From an uncultured Bdellovibrionales bacterium (GTDB lineage: Bacteria > Bdellovibrionota_C > UBA2361 > CAYQVO01): DNA of 42,262 bases. Both the position numbers and the translations under genes were made by a program. How positions within the stretch are numbered: the stretch's first letter is position 1; each line of letters opens with the position of its first letter. Below, one piece after another: positions 1 through 9,363 of this stretch. Where the stretch lies: contig CAYQVO010000007.1 in NCBI GenBank assembly GCA_964421085.1, positions 20,284-62,545 of the forward strand, in the 5' to 3' direction. Below the pieces are notes generated by a model. That model searched no databases. It was not told the origin of the DNA and saw only the letters and a program-made list of their open reading frames with translations.

Positions 1-689
1 CCGGCTCCGCCCCGGCCCCTGAGTCTCGCTGTCTTGACTGCCCGGATGACTTCCTGCGGAGTCATCTGAACGGCATTCTTCAGCGCAGCGCCCGGCGTCA
101 TGTCACCGAAGATGACTTGTCCTCTTTCCCTGATGTTGTTGGTCACCATCGACCGGACAAGATCGTGACCATTGTTGCCGTCTCCATACTCATGCACGAG
201 GGCAGCGGGATCCCTGTGATTTTTCAATGCCCGGACGATTTCTCCCGCCTTCTCCGCCGTGAGACGCGTCACGACTACCTCGTTTATAAGCGCGGCCGGC
301 GCCTGATCACACATGCCGATGCACGGCGTGTATTCAAGGGTAAATATGCCGTCTTCAGTCGTGCCGCCCAATGGAATTCCGAGCTCTCTGCTGAATGCAT
401 CGGCAACCTGCTTTGCGCCCTGCATCATGTCGACAACATCATTACAGATTCTGATGACGATTGAACCTTTTCGCTCCGCAGACATGAATGCGTAAAAAGA
501 AACAAGGCTTTCAACCGAAACTCGCGGAATACCCAGGGAAGCAGCGATCGTGTCTACTGCATCAGGCGGAACACATCCAAGTTCTTTCTGCACATCCAGT
601 GCCACGTCCATCAGCCGGTTTTTGTCCTTTCCATACCGGCTGCAGATTTCCTTTACCAGCTTCGAGCTGTTCTCATTCATAGAAGCCAT
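1..689 (-). CDS. hoxF: NAD-reducing (bidirectional) hydrogenase diaphorase subunit HoxF, NuoE+NuoF-like fusion; runs off the window start
   Basis: Not in the ORF track; my translation from ATG 689 (alternative 680): MASMNENSSKLVKEICSRYGKDKNRLMDVALDVQKELGCVP...SFYAFM...RICNDVVD...YTPCIGMCDQAPAALIN...YGDGNNGHDLVRSMVTNNIR...LRGRGGAG. NuoE-like [2Fe-2S] region followed by the NuoF RGRGGAG motif. Confidence 0.85.
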   Translation of the reverse strand, partial: MASMNENSSKLVKEICSRYGKDKNRLMDVALDVQKELGCVPPDAVDTIAASLGIPRVSVESLVSFYAFMSAERKGSIVIRICNDVVDMMQGAKQVADAFSRELGIPLGGTTEDGIFTLEYTPCIGMCDQAPAALINEVVVTRLTAEKAGEIVRALKNHRDPAALVHEYGDGNNGHDLVRSMVTNNIRERGQVIFGDMTPGAALKNAVQMTPQEVIRAVKTARLRGRGGA

Positions 690-871
690 CACCAGGATAA
701 AGTTTTGAAAAAAACTGAAGGCCGCAGCGGGTCAAGGTCGCCTGCTGCCCACTTTTCAAGTATAACTGGCTAAATTTAGCAGCTGCAAGTTTGTGGAATT
801 GAATTTTTCTCAATAAACGTGCAGAGTAACCTTTCTGACCGGGGAGAAGGGTCCCTGGATATATTGGTTCA

Positions 872-905
872 CCCTATGAGTTGGCTTGCCCTATGAGCTG
901 GTTTA
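872..905 (+). repeat. 17-bp imperfect tandem duplication of the accD start region
   Basis: ccctatgagttggcttg (872-888) followed by ccctatgagctggttta (889-905), 14/17 identical. Confidence 0.75.
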
Positions 906-1747
906 CCAGAAGCAAAGCGCCCAAACCCGCAGCGGACGACAGCCTCAAAGCTTCCATTCCTGATGATATCTGGTCCAAGTGCCCGGACTGCTCCTCGATT
1001 ATATATACCAAGGAACTCAGGCGGAGCGGCGGTGTCTGCATCAAATGCAGCTATCATTTCAGGCTTTCCGCCCGGCAGCGCATTCCTGGTCTTGTCGATC
1101 GCCATTCCTTTTTTGAAATGGACACGGACCTCAGGGCTGCCGATCCTTTGAATTTCAGGGATTCGAAGCGGTACCGCGACCGTGTGAAAAAAGCCGAAAA
1201 GAACACTGATACGAACGAAGCAGTAGTAACCGGCCGTGGGCGTATCTTGAATATTCCGGTAATGCTTGGAGTATTCAACTTTGCTTTCATGGGCGGAAGC
1301 ATGGGATCGGTTGTCGGAGAGAAGCTTACAAGAGTTATCGAGGCGGGTGAGAGGGAGAAAACTCCGGTAATTATCATTTCCGCATCGGGCGGCGCCAGGA
1401 TGCAGGAGGGGATTTATTCTCTCATGCAGATGGCAAAAGTCAGCGCGGCCCTCGCCAGGCTTGGGAACGCAAGTGTCCCTTATCTTTCGGTGCTGACGGA
1501 TCCTACCACCGGCGGCGTTGCTGCGTCTCTCGCAATGCTGGGAGACGTTATAATAGCCGAACCGAAAGCTCTGGTGGGATTTGCCGGACCCCGCGTAATA
1601 GAACAGACGATCCGCCAGACCCTTCCCGATGGTTTCCAGCGCAGCGAGTTCCTGTTTGAGCATGGAATTATCGACAGAATTGTTCCCAGAGCCTACATGC
1701 GGGAGGAAATCGCCGCGATTCTGAGCAATTTCGGATTCGGATCATAG
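893..1747 (+). CDS. accD: acetyl-CoA carboxylase carboxyltransferase subunit beta
   Basis: MSWF start; zinc finger WSKCPDC...VCIKC; FMGGSMGSVVGEK, SASGGARMQEG, DPTTGGV, GFAGPRVIEQTI motifs. Confidence 0.97.
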   Translation: MSWFTRSKAPKPAADDSLKASIPDDIWSKCPDCSSIIYTKELRRSGGVCIKCSYHFRLSARQRIPGLVDRHSFFEMDTDLRAADPLNFRDSKRYRDRVKKAEKNTDTNEAVVTGRGRILNIPVMLGVFNFAFMGGSMGSVVGEKLTRVIEAGEREKTPVIIISASGGARMQEGIYSLMQMAKVSAALARLGNASVPYLSVLTDPTTGGVAASLAMLGDVIIAEPKALVGFAGPRVIEQTIRQTLPDGFQRSEFLFEHGIIDRIVPRAYMREEIAAILSNFGFGS

Positions 1748-1833
1748 AGAGCGATTGCGTTTTTCCCCTTTTCCGGTAATTCTCAAACTGGAGTTCGGAT
1801 TACTTTAAGCAGCTTTAAGTATCGCAGCCTGGA

Positions 1834-4404
1834 ATGAACATAAAAGCCCGTGACATCTCTCTCACTGTCATTACGCTCATCGTTGCCGCTGTGGCGCTTC
1901 TCTTTTCTCTCCGTCCCGCCCCTTTGAACGCTCAGACAGATGAGGAAAAAGGGAAGAGGAAACTTTTCGAAGCCGACACGGAAAAGTACAAGGACCAACG
2001 CTCCAAAGCGATAGACAAGTACATGGCGAGCGAGAAAGCGCCCGCAGAGGAGGTGGAGTTCAAAGCATCCTCCATCGAAGTACTGAAGGACACAAATCAG
2101 ATTAAAGGCAGCCAGGGGGTTGTGATATCCGGTCACAACGTGCAGGTGCAGGCGGACGACGCCCTTTATAATTCCGAAACGAAAGAAGCCCAGATGCAGG
2201 GAAACATACACATCACCGGCGATCTGGGCATGATTGAAGCAAAAGAGGGGAAATTCAATATTGAGAGCGAGACAGGAGATTTCGACTCGGCGAGTTTCAT
2301 GGTGGAGAACGGCGCATACGAAATGCACGCCGAAAAGCTGAACAAACTCTCTGAATTCGAATTCAATCTCGATGACACCTATTTCTCGACATGTCAGTGC
2401 AAAGACTGCGAACAGATCCCCTGGAGGATACGAAGTGATCGCTGCCTTGTAACACAGGAAAGTTATGCCCACTGCCGGGGCTCGAGGCTGGAGATGTACG
2501 GAACGCCGGTTCTTTACACTCCTTACTTTGTGTTTCCTGTCAAAACCGAGCGCGCCTCAGGGCTCCTTCCTCCAACTCTCGGTTACAGCGATGAAGATGG
2601 ATTTGAATACAGGCAGCCTCTCTTCCTTGTACTTGATGATTATTCGGACGCGACGGTTATTCCGTTTACCGAGAACAGGACAAGGGCCGGAGGCTTCCTT
2701 GATTACAGGCACGCGTTTTCGGAGCAGCATACGTTGTCAACGCGGGTCCTCTACTCAGATGAGAGGGCCCGTGGAGATTCACTGCGGGGATCCGATGTCT
2801 CTGAAATCAAAGGTCCACGTTATTTTGATGAAGACAGGTTCGGAGGTCTTTACAGGCAGCGCTGGACGACGGAGAAAGACGCTCTAATCCCCGCGGCCTT
2901 TATTGCCGACGGCCATTATGTGAGCGACGAGCTCCTGCTGAAGGAGATCGACGATAATGGTATCGATCTTCGGAACACGAGGTACGTCACTTCGACCGCC
3001 GTGTTCCGTGTGCAGCCCCTCGACTTTATAAGCGCGGAACTTCTCGGCGAATACAATCAGTCAATGCTTACCGCATCCAGTCCTCAGGACAGGGTCTTTC
3101 AACGCGCTCCTGAGTTCCGCGTCAACGCGCTGAAGAGCTGGAGGCCGCTCGGCTATAATCCGTTCGGGATAAAGCTGGTGACCAAAAGCGCGTTCGACCT
3201 GACTCAGTTTACAAGGACCGATTACTACGAAGGTGAGAGGATCGACTTCAACCCGGGATTCTCGATTCCGATCCGCTACCAGAACTATTTCAACAGTTCA
3301 ATCGACGTCAACACTCATGTGACACAATACCACCTTACAAACCAGCTCGATCCCGATGTGCAGCCGGACGGAACCCGTATCCTCTGGAACAGGAATCCGT
3401 CCCGCACAGTGCCCACGCTCTCATACACTCTGGGCAGCGGAATCGAGCGGGTTTACAGGCTGGATCCCGACAGCTGGCTTGCCGATCTGACAAACATCGG
3501 CGCGACGAATCAGGGGAGCAGACTCGCCCGCCTGAAGCACACAATCGAGCCCACATTCATGTACCGGTGGGTGCCGAAAATCGATCAGAACGATATCGCG
3601 GAATTCGATCAGCTCGACCGCATCCGTCAGAAAAGCATCGTCCTGTATGGACTCACGAGCAGGATTTACGGCCGTTTCCTTCCTCAACGGGGAACAGAAG
3701 AAACTCTCCCTGAGATAACACCTGAAATTGACGAGCTTCCCGAACCTGTCATACCAAGTCTCCTCGAGGATCTGGGCGGGCCGAGACTCTCTGATGATAT
3801 CATCAGACCTTTGAGGACGCGCCGCGGAACGTCGCGAGCGCTCATGACCGTAAGCCTCCTCGAAGGCTACAATATTCTCGAGGCAAAGCAGAACCAGAAT
3901 CCGGACAGAAACGCGTTTACGGATATGACCGGTATTCTCGCAGTTGAACCGACCGATTCTTTATCAATGGATTTTTCGAGCACATACGATAGAGAACATC
4001 AGAAGTTCACCTCATGGGAGGCGACAGGCAATTTGAAATCGGACAGGGGAGATTCGATCATGGCCCGGTACTCATTTGTCGATAAATCGGCGAATCCATA
4101 CGGCAACACAACGAACCTCAGTCAACTGCAGGCAGGTGTTGAGGCGGTGCTCGGAGAGCGTTACAGATTCGGATATTTCACGCGGTTTGATTCTCCATCC
4201 GGAACGTTCATCGACAATATGGCGGCAATAAGGATCTCCAGCGCGTGCAACTGCTGGTACCTCGACCTTGGTTACTCGCAGGAAACGAACCCGAACCGAG
4301 AAAAATATCTTGTAAGCTTTACATTCGGCGGACTTGGAGGAATTACACAGGCGGTTCCGTATATGGGGTACAGGTCCCGGCACGACGACTCGGGAGGAAT
4401 GTGA
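1834..4404 (+). CDS. lptD: LPS assembly outer-membrane protein LptD
   Basis: Signal peptide, OstA-like N-domain, STC..PW motif, PVKTERASGLLPP, HTIEP, C-terminal CNCW and LGGLG. Confidence 0.9.
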   Translation: MNIKARDISLTVITLIVAAVALLFSLRPAPLNAQTDEEKGKRKLFEADTEKYKDQRSKAIDKYMASEKAPAEEVEFKASSIEVLKDTNQIKGSQGVVISGHNVQVQADDALYNSETKEAQMQGNIHITGDLGMIEAKEGKFNIESETGDFDSASFMVENGAYEMHAEKLNKLSEFEFNLDDTYFSTCQCKDCEQIPWRIRSDRCLVTQESYAHCRGSRLEMYGTPVLYTPYFVFPVKTERASGLLPPTLGYSDEDGFEYRQPLFLVLDDYSDATVIPFTENRTRAGGFLDYRHAFSEQHTLSTRVLYSDERARGDSLRGSDVSEIKGPRYFDEDRFGGLYRQRWTTEKDALIPAAFIADGHYVSDELLLKEIDDNGIDLRNTRYVTSTAVFRVQPLDFISAELLGEYNQSMLTASSPQDRVFQRAPEFRVNALKSWRPLGYNPFGIKLVTKSAFDLTQFTRTDYYEGERIDFNPGFSIPIRYQNYFNSSIDVNTHVTQYHLTNQLDPDVQPDGTRILWNRNPSRTVPTLSYTLGSGIERVYRLDPDSWLADLTNIGATNQGSRLARLKHTIEPTFMYRWVPKIDQNDIAEFDQLDRIRQKSIVLYGLTSRIYGRFLPQRGTEETLPEITPEIDELPEPVIPSLLEDLGGPRLSDDIIRPLRTRRGTSRALMTVSLLEGYNILEAKQNQNPDRNAFTDMTGILAVEPTDSLSMDFSSTYDREHQKFTSWEATGNLKSDRGDSIMARYSFVDKSANPYGNTTNLSQLQAGVEAVLGERYRFGYFTRFDSPSGTFIDNMAAIRISSACNCWYLDLGYSQETNPNREKYLVSFTFGGLGGITQAVPYMGYRSRHDDSGGM

Positions 4405-4781
4405 TGACTTTCAATATATCAATAAGCAGACGACTGACGGGAAGCTGGAACGTCGTGATGGAAGGACGGCTGGATACATCCACATATCAGATTGCGGAAG
4501 AGAAGCTCAAAACAATCATGGAAGCAAAAACCGCGAATGTGGTCTGCGATATGGGCAGACTGGACTATATCAGCAGCATGGGGCTTCGGGTCATTATGGC
4601 GCTGCAGAAGGCCATTGTCCGTAACGGCGGTTTTCTTGTCATGTTGGAACTGCAGCCACCGGTGGCAAAAGTGATTGAGATTGCACAGGCGCTTCCGCGG
4701 GAACAGATCTTTTCAAGCATCGAAGAAGCTGACCGGTATTTTGATTTGATGCAGAAGAGGGTGAGGGAGGGGGAGGGGTAG
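4404..4781 (+). CDS. STAS domain protein / anti-sigma factor antagonist
   Basis: ATG overlaps the lptD stop (TGATG); EGRLD and DMGRLDYISSMGLRV motifs with the phosphorylatable Ser. Confidence 0.88.
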   Translation: MTFNISISRRLTGSWNVVMEGRLDTSTYQIAEEKLKTIMEAKTANVVCDMGRLDYISSMGLRVIMALQKAIVRNGGFLVMLELQPPVAKVIEIAQALPREQIFSSIEEADRYFDLMQKRVREGEG

Positions 4782-4988
4782 AGCGCCCGGATTGAGCCTG
4801 AAAAGGATTATCGACTTCCCACGGTTCGGGCAGTTTCCATCTTTACGTGAAGCGTGTCGGCAGGCCCCGGATGGGAGGTGCCAGGAAAGGGACTGAATCA
4901 GGATATCCCTTCATAATTCTTGCCTGCACCGCATAACAGGCGCTATCCTCGTGGAATCACAAAAAACTGGAGCAACCAGGGAACAAAT

Positions 4989-6803
4989 ATGAAAGACCAT
5001 GAATGCGACTCTTGTGAATGCGGGCATGCTGCCGACCCGGTCATCATGATGCGGCACTCGCTTGCTCATGTAATGGCTCAGGCCGTCAAACAGCTTCGCC
5101 CGGCGGCGAAACTTGCCTTTGGGCCTCCGGTTGAACACGGTTTTTACTACGACTTTGATCTCGAAACTCCTCTTACGCCGGAAGATCTCCCTGAAATAGA
5201 AAAACGAATGAGGGAAATAATAAAGGCGAGGCAGCCGTTTGAGCGGAAGCATATGTCCCTTCCGGAAGCGATCGAGAAACTTAAAGCGGAAGGCGAGACG
5301 TATAAAGTCGAATATGCCGAAGAGCTTGCGGCCCGGGGAGAAGAAAAGCTCTCCTTTTACCAGAGCGGCCCATTCGAGGATATGTGCGGCGGGCCTCATG
5401 TGAAAGACACAGGAGAACTGCCTTCCGATGGATTTAGAGTCGACAGCATCGCCGGCGCGTACTGGAGAGGGGATGAAAAGCGTCCGATGCTTACCCGCGT
5501 TTATGCTGTGGCCTTTCCCACAAAGGCTGAACTCGAGGACTTTCTTCAGAGACGCGAACTTGCGAAAGAGCGGGATCACCGCAAGCTTGGCGCCGAACTC
5601 GAGATATACACAATCAGCGACAAAGTGGGTCCAGGCCTTGTTCTGTGGCTTCCCAACGGAACCGTCATCCGGGAGGAGCTCGAAAAGTTCGCCAAAGAGG
5701 TCGAATTTCGCGCCGGATACGATCGGGTGGCAACGCCTCACATAGCGAAAGAAAGTCTCTACTACACTTCAGGGCATCTGCCTTATTACAAAGACACGAT
5801 GTTTCCTCCGATGGAACTCAAAGGTGAAGAGCCTTATTACCTCAAGGCTATGAACTGCCCGCATCATCATGTAATTTACAGGGTCCGCCCGAGGAGCTAC
5901 AGGGAACTTCCCCTGCGCCTTGCAGAGTATGGAGCGTGCTACCGCTATGAGGATTCCGGGACTCTTGCCGGGCTTCTGCGCGTGCGTGCCATGGCGATGA
6001 ATGATTCGCATATTTACTGCACAGCCGATCAGATTGCCGAGGAGTTCCGGGGCGTGCTTGCGATGCATGAATTTTACTACAAGAAGTTCCGGTTCAAAGA
6101 TTACGGCATCCGTCTTTCGCTGCATGACCCGGCGAAAAAGGAGAAATATATCGATCAGCCGGAAGCCTGGGAGCGGTCGGAAGAAGCGGTCCGGAGAATA
6201 TTGAAGGAGATGGGAGTCCCGTTCGTTGAGGCGGGGGGTGAAGCCGCTTTTTACGGGCCGAAAGTCGATTTTCAGATGCGTAATTTGATCGGGCGTGAGG
6301 AAACTGCTTCAACTTGCCAGCTCGACTTCGCCGCTGCGGAGCGATTTGATCTTACCTATATCGCCGAGGATGGAAAGGAGCACCGGCCGTTTGTGATTCA
6401 TCGCGCGCCGCTTTCGACGCACGAACGCATGATTGCATTCCTGATTGAAAACTTCGGCGGAGCTTTCCCGACATGGATGAGTCCCGTTCAAGTTCAGGTT
6501 ATTCCGGTGGGAGAGAAGTTTACGGAGTATGCAAAGCGAATTGAAAAGGAGCTTCACGACAAGCTTATTCGGGTTCATGTGGATTCAACCGCTGAATCGA
6601 TGAACAAGAGGCTTCGAAACGCCATCACGAAGAAGATACCGAACATTCTCATCGTGGGCGAAAGAGAAGCATCGAGTGAGAGTGTCACATGGCGGCGTTA
6701 TGCCGTCTCGGAACAAAAAAGCGTCAAGCTTTCCGAATTTACCGCGACGATTGAGAAGATGATCGCCGAGCGTACGATGGACAACTTCCCCGACGAGGGG
6801 TGA
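4989..6803 (+). CDS. thrS: threonine--tRNA ligase, short form lacking the N-terminal TGS domain
   Basis: RHSLAH, GPPVEHGFYYDF, DMCGGPH, AGAYWRGD, RDHRKLG, KAMNCPHH, AAFYGPK, IHRA motifs and anticodon-binding domain. Confidence 0.97.
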   Translation: MKDHECDSCECGHAADPVIMMRHSLAHVMAQAVKQLRPAAKLAFGPPVEHGFYYDFDLETPLTPEDLPEIEKRMREIIKARQPFERKHMSLPEAIEKLKAEGETYKVEYAEELAARGEEKLSFYQSGPFEDMCGGPHVKDTGELPSDGFRVDSIAGAYWRGDEKRPMLTRVYAVAFPTKAELEDFLQRRELAKERDHRKLGAELEIYTISDKVGPGLVLWLPNGTVIREELEKFAKEVEFRAGYDRVATPHIAKESLYYTSGHLPYYKDTMFPPMELKGEEPYYLKAMNCPHHHVIYRVRPRSYRELPLRLAEYGACYRYEDSGTLAGLLRVRAMAMNDSHIYCTADQIAEEFRGVLAMHEFYYKKFRFKDYGIRLSLHDPAKKEKYIDQPEAWERSEEAVRRILKEMGVPFVEAGGEAAFYGPKVDFQMRNLIGREETASTCQLDFAAAERFDLTYIAEDGKEHRPFVIHRAPLSTHERMIAFLIENFGGAFPTWMSPVQVQVIPVGEKFTEYAKRIEKELHDKLIRVHVDSTAESMNKRLRNAITKKIPNILIVGEREASSESVTWRRYAVSEQKSVKLSEFTATIEKMIAERTMDNFPDEG

Positions 6804-7789
6804 TGCGGTCCTTCAGGCGGGTCCTGCTCCATCTGACTTTTGCGCTTGCAGGCGCGGTGATTCCTCTTGTCTTTCTGGAAGCCGGGCTTCGTGTTGTTCA
6901 CCTGGTCCGCAAAGGAACACCCCTTCTTGAACATCCCGGTGATCAATGGGATTCGAACCTCGGCTGGAAGGGACAGGAAAAGATTCTTCAAGGGGCGCCG
7001 GGGGGTCCTGAAGTCCTTGTGCTTGGCGACTCTTTCACCGACGGGATGGGCGTGCCTCCTGAAAACATGTGGTATGCCGGGCTCTGGGAAGCTGTGCCCG
7101 GCAGCACTGTAACCGCGTATGCAGGCCCCGGATATGGAACGCTGCAGGAACTTCTTGCGCTGAAGGGCTATGTTTCACGGGGGTTCTCGCCGCAGCTTAT
7201 CGTGGTTCAGCTTTGCACGAATGATATCCTGAATAATTATTTCGAACTTGATCGCGCGAGTCTCCTTCAGCGGGCGCCTGCACCGCGTCCTTATCTCGAG
7301 AACGGTGAGATAATGGTGAAGTTTCCCCGGAACTACGGATGGTTTCTCGAGCCGCTCATTTCGTATTCGAGACTTGCGTACCGCTTCGAGACAAGATGGG
7401 AGGAAAAAACCGCTGAGCGTGCCCGTAAAGGGGAACTGCCGACGATTGAACACGAAATCAGCCGGAAAGGCGAAAGCCTGCCGGCATTCAGAGAGGCTGC
7501 ATCTGTGACAGAGGTTCTGATTGAACGAATGAAGGAAGAAGCGGGCGGAAGTCCTCTTATTCTCTTCCTGGTGAATGACGTCGAGCCATACACAGGGACG
7601 CTGGCCCGCATTGCGTCATCGCGGGGAGTTCCTTTTGTCAATGCCGTGCGGTTCGCTTCAATTGATCGCAGCGGCAGGCTTCCTGACGGCGCACATTATA
7701 ATGAGAAGGGAAATAAAGCACTTGGGCAGGCGCTCGTGGCTGCGATAAGAGAGGAAACAAAAGGACACCCACTTTTTGATTCTCACTGA
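6800..7789 (+). CDS. SGNH/GDSL hydrolase family protein with N-terminal membrane anchor
   Basis: LGDSFTDG, GYGTLQE, CTND and DGAHYN blocks; start overlaps the thrS stop. Confidence 0.85.
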   Translation: MMRSFRRVLLHLTFALAGAVIPLVFLEAGLRVVHLVRKGTPLLEHPGDQWDSNLGWKGQEKILQGAPGGPEVLVLGDSFTDGMGVPPENMWYAGLWEAVPGSTVTAYAGPGYGTLQELLALKGYVSRGFSPQLIVVQLCTNDILNNYFELDRASLLQRAPAPRPYLENGEIMVKFPRNYGWFLEPLISYSRLAYRFETRWEEKTAERARKGELPTIEHEISRKGESLPAFREAASVTEVLIERMKEEAGGSPLILFLVNDVEPYTGTLARIASSRGVPFVNAVRFASIDRSGRLPDGAHYNEKGNKALGQALVAAIREETKGHPLFDSH

Positions 7790-7909
7790 GCCCGGAGGAA
7801 ACGAAAGGACACCCACTTTTTGAATCTCGCTGAGCCCGGAGAACGCAGGAATATCTAGTTGGAATTACTGACATTATCTGATCGTATTTTTTTGGGTGTC
7901 CTTTTTTCC
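7751..7909. repeat. 44-bp tandem repeat (2 copies) plus a downstream inverted core, REP-like
   Basis: Copies at 7751-7794 and 7795-7838 with 3 mismatches; the core aaaggacaccca recurs inverted as tgggtgtccttt at 7893-7904. Confidence 0.85.
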
Positions 7910-7959
7910 ACCACTGCCATCGAACATAGCGTTTAAAGTTGTGATAGAGTTACCTCCTG

Positions 7960-8661
7960 ATGATACTCAATTTCTCAGCTGTAAGTTCAGATGCCGGGGG
8001 CCTCCCGGGGCCGGAGGATGCCGGTGGGGCGAAGCCCGGTGATGATGGTGCCGGAAGGGAATTCGCGGGTGCCGCTGGACCCGCGCTTTCAGAATTAGAA
8101 CGGGAAAAACTAAAGAGGTTACTGCTTCAGAACTCTCAGGATCTTCGCAGAAGCAATCAGCAGAAAGCACAGCTCGAAAGCTTTGCAGAAAACGGGTACG
8201 GGAAACACAAACTTCCATACTGGGCGCACCATCTTTTTCTGACGGTATATACGATTCTTGGGACTGGAATCGGGCTTGGTGCAGTCGGCAGCATGATTCT
8301 CAATTCATCGATTTCCGGAACACCGTCCGGGAATAATCTTTTCTTCGCGGCGGGCGCGGCAGGAGGACTGCTCGGATGGAAACTCGCAAATCATATGCTC
8401 AAGGGGATGCTGGGCATTCGATATGAGCGGGCAACTGTGCACTTCTGGTCCAGGCGAACAGGAAAGCCTCTTCCTGATGTTCAGGAGGTTATTGAATTTC
8501 TGGATCACCATCCCAGGTTAAAGGGAGGCGATGAAGTCAGGGAGATGATTGCGGACCGTCTTGGTGTGCGAAGGCAGGAGGAGCAAGTGCTGCGTTCAAA
8601 GGAAAGGGAAATCATGGAGTCGCTGGAGGAAGGCGAACCCGTTTCCGCGCGTCAGGATTGA
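7960..8661 (+). CDS. hypothetical membrane protein (two Gly-rich TM helices)
   Basis: 233-aa ORF with two hydrophobic segments; start uncertain. Confidence 0.6.
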   Translation: MILNFSAVSSDAGGLPGPEDAGGAKPGDDGAGREFAGAAGPALSELEREKLKRLLLQNSQDLRRSNQQKAQLESFAENGYGKHKLPYWAHHLFLTVYTILGTGIGLGAVGSMILNSSISGTPSGNNLFFAAGAAGGLLGWKLANHMLKGMLGIRYERATVHFWSRRTGKPLPDVQEVIEFLDHHPRLKGGDEVREMIADRLGVRRQEEQVLRSKEREIMESLEEGEPVSARQD

Positions 8662-9175
8662 AGGTGTACAGGGCCGCGTCAATCACGACAAGGGTATGTC
8701 CCGCACTTGCGACTCGTCCTTCCACAAGTATCCGCTTCCCCACATTCTGCGCCAGCTCACGGCGGAGCGAAGAATCAGACAGATCGTAATAGCGATTCCC
8801 CCCCTGGATAACCGCGCTTCTGTCACCGGACGCGACAGCTCGCGGTGCCCGGACGACCGTTCCTGTGACGGCGATCGGCTGACCAGCGGAAGGCAGGTCG
8901 TCACCGCCATGCATTACTCCTGCGGGGTTGAGCGAAGCCCTGGCTTCCTGCCGGTATGCCATGGGGGAAGACCGCTGCTCTCTGTTTTCAAGGGCGAGGG
9001 GCGGTAAGGGCTCGTTGCTGATAATTTCGTCGAGCCTCTCGGGATAATAGGCCTTCATATATGCATCCTGTTCCAGGCGCACATTGTCCTCGTAATAGCT
9101 CGAGGGCTGCACACAGGATGTCAGAAACAGAGAACTCAAAATGAAACATGCGGGTGATTTCAGGGACGATTTCAT
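8612..9175 (-). CDS. hypothetical lipoprotein with possible C-terminal OB-fold-like domain
   Basis: MKSSLKSPACFILSSLFLTSC lipobox; GAAGG RBS upstream; C-terminal VTGTV...VGKRILVEGRV beta pattern. Confidence 0.65.
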   Translation of the reverse strand: MKSSLKSPACFILSSLFLTSCVQPSSYYEDNVRLEQDAYMKAYYPERLDEIISNEPLPPLALENREQRSSPMAYRQEARASLNPAGVMHGGDDLPSAGQPIAVTGTVVRAPRAVASGDRSAVIQGGNRYYDLSDSSLRRELAQNVGKRILVEGRVASAGHTLVVIDAALYTFNPDARKRVRLPPATP

Positions 9176-9363
9176 GGCATCACCTTCTTCCTGCAGATCA
9201 ATCATCCACCCTGCGCCTGCATCGAAGAGATTGTCGATGACGCGGGTCAGTGCTGACTGGAGGGCGCTGAGGGGCTGCCCGAAAAGGCCGAAATGGCCGA
9301 AAATCTTGATTTTTGGCGCAGTTGACGGTATCAACAAACGGTTTCAATTAAAGGTATCGAGTC

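Noticed and set aside
117-1663. ORFs 117-464 (+), 313-495 (+), 488-682 (+) and 869-1663 (-)
   Set aside because: Antisense shadows of hoxF and accD with no recognisable motifs.
4782-4988. T-box or tRNA-mimic thrS leader
   Set aside because: No T-box consensus and only weak stems. A possible promoter (TTGCCT-N18-TATCCT, 4920-4949) would leave a very short leader.
7751-7838. Possible mini-CRISPR
   Set aside because: Two adjacent units with no spacer and no cas genes.
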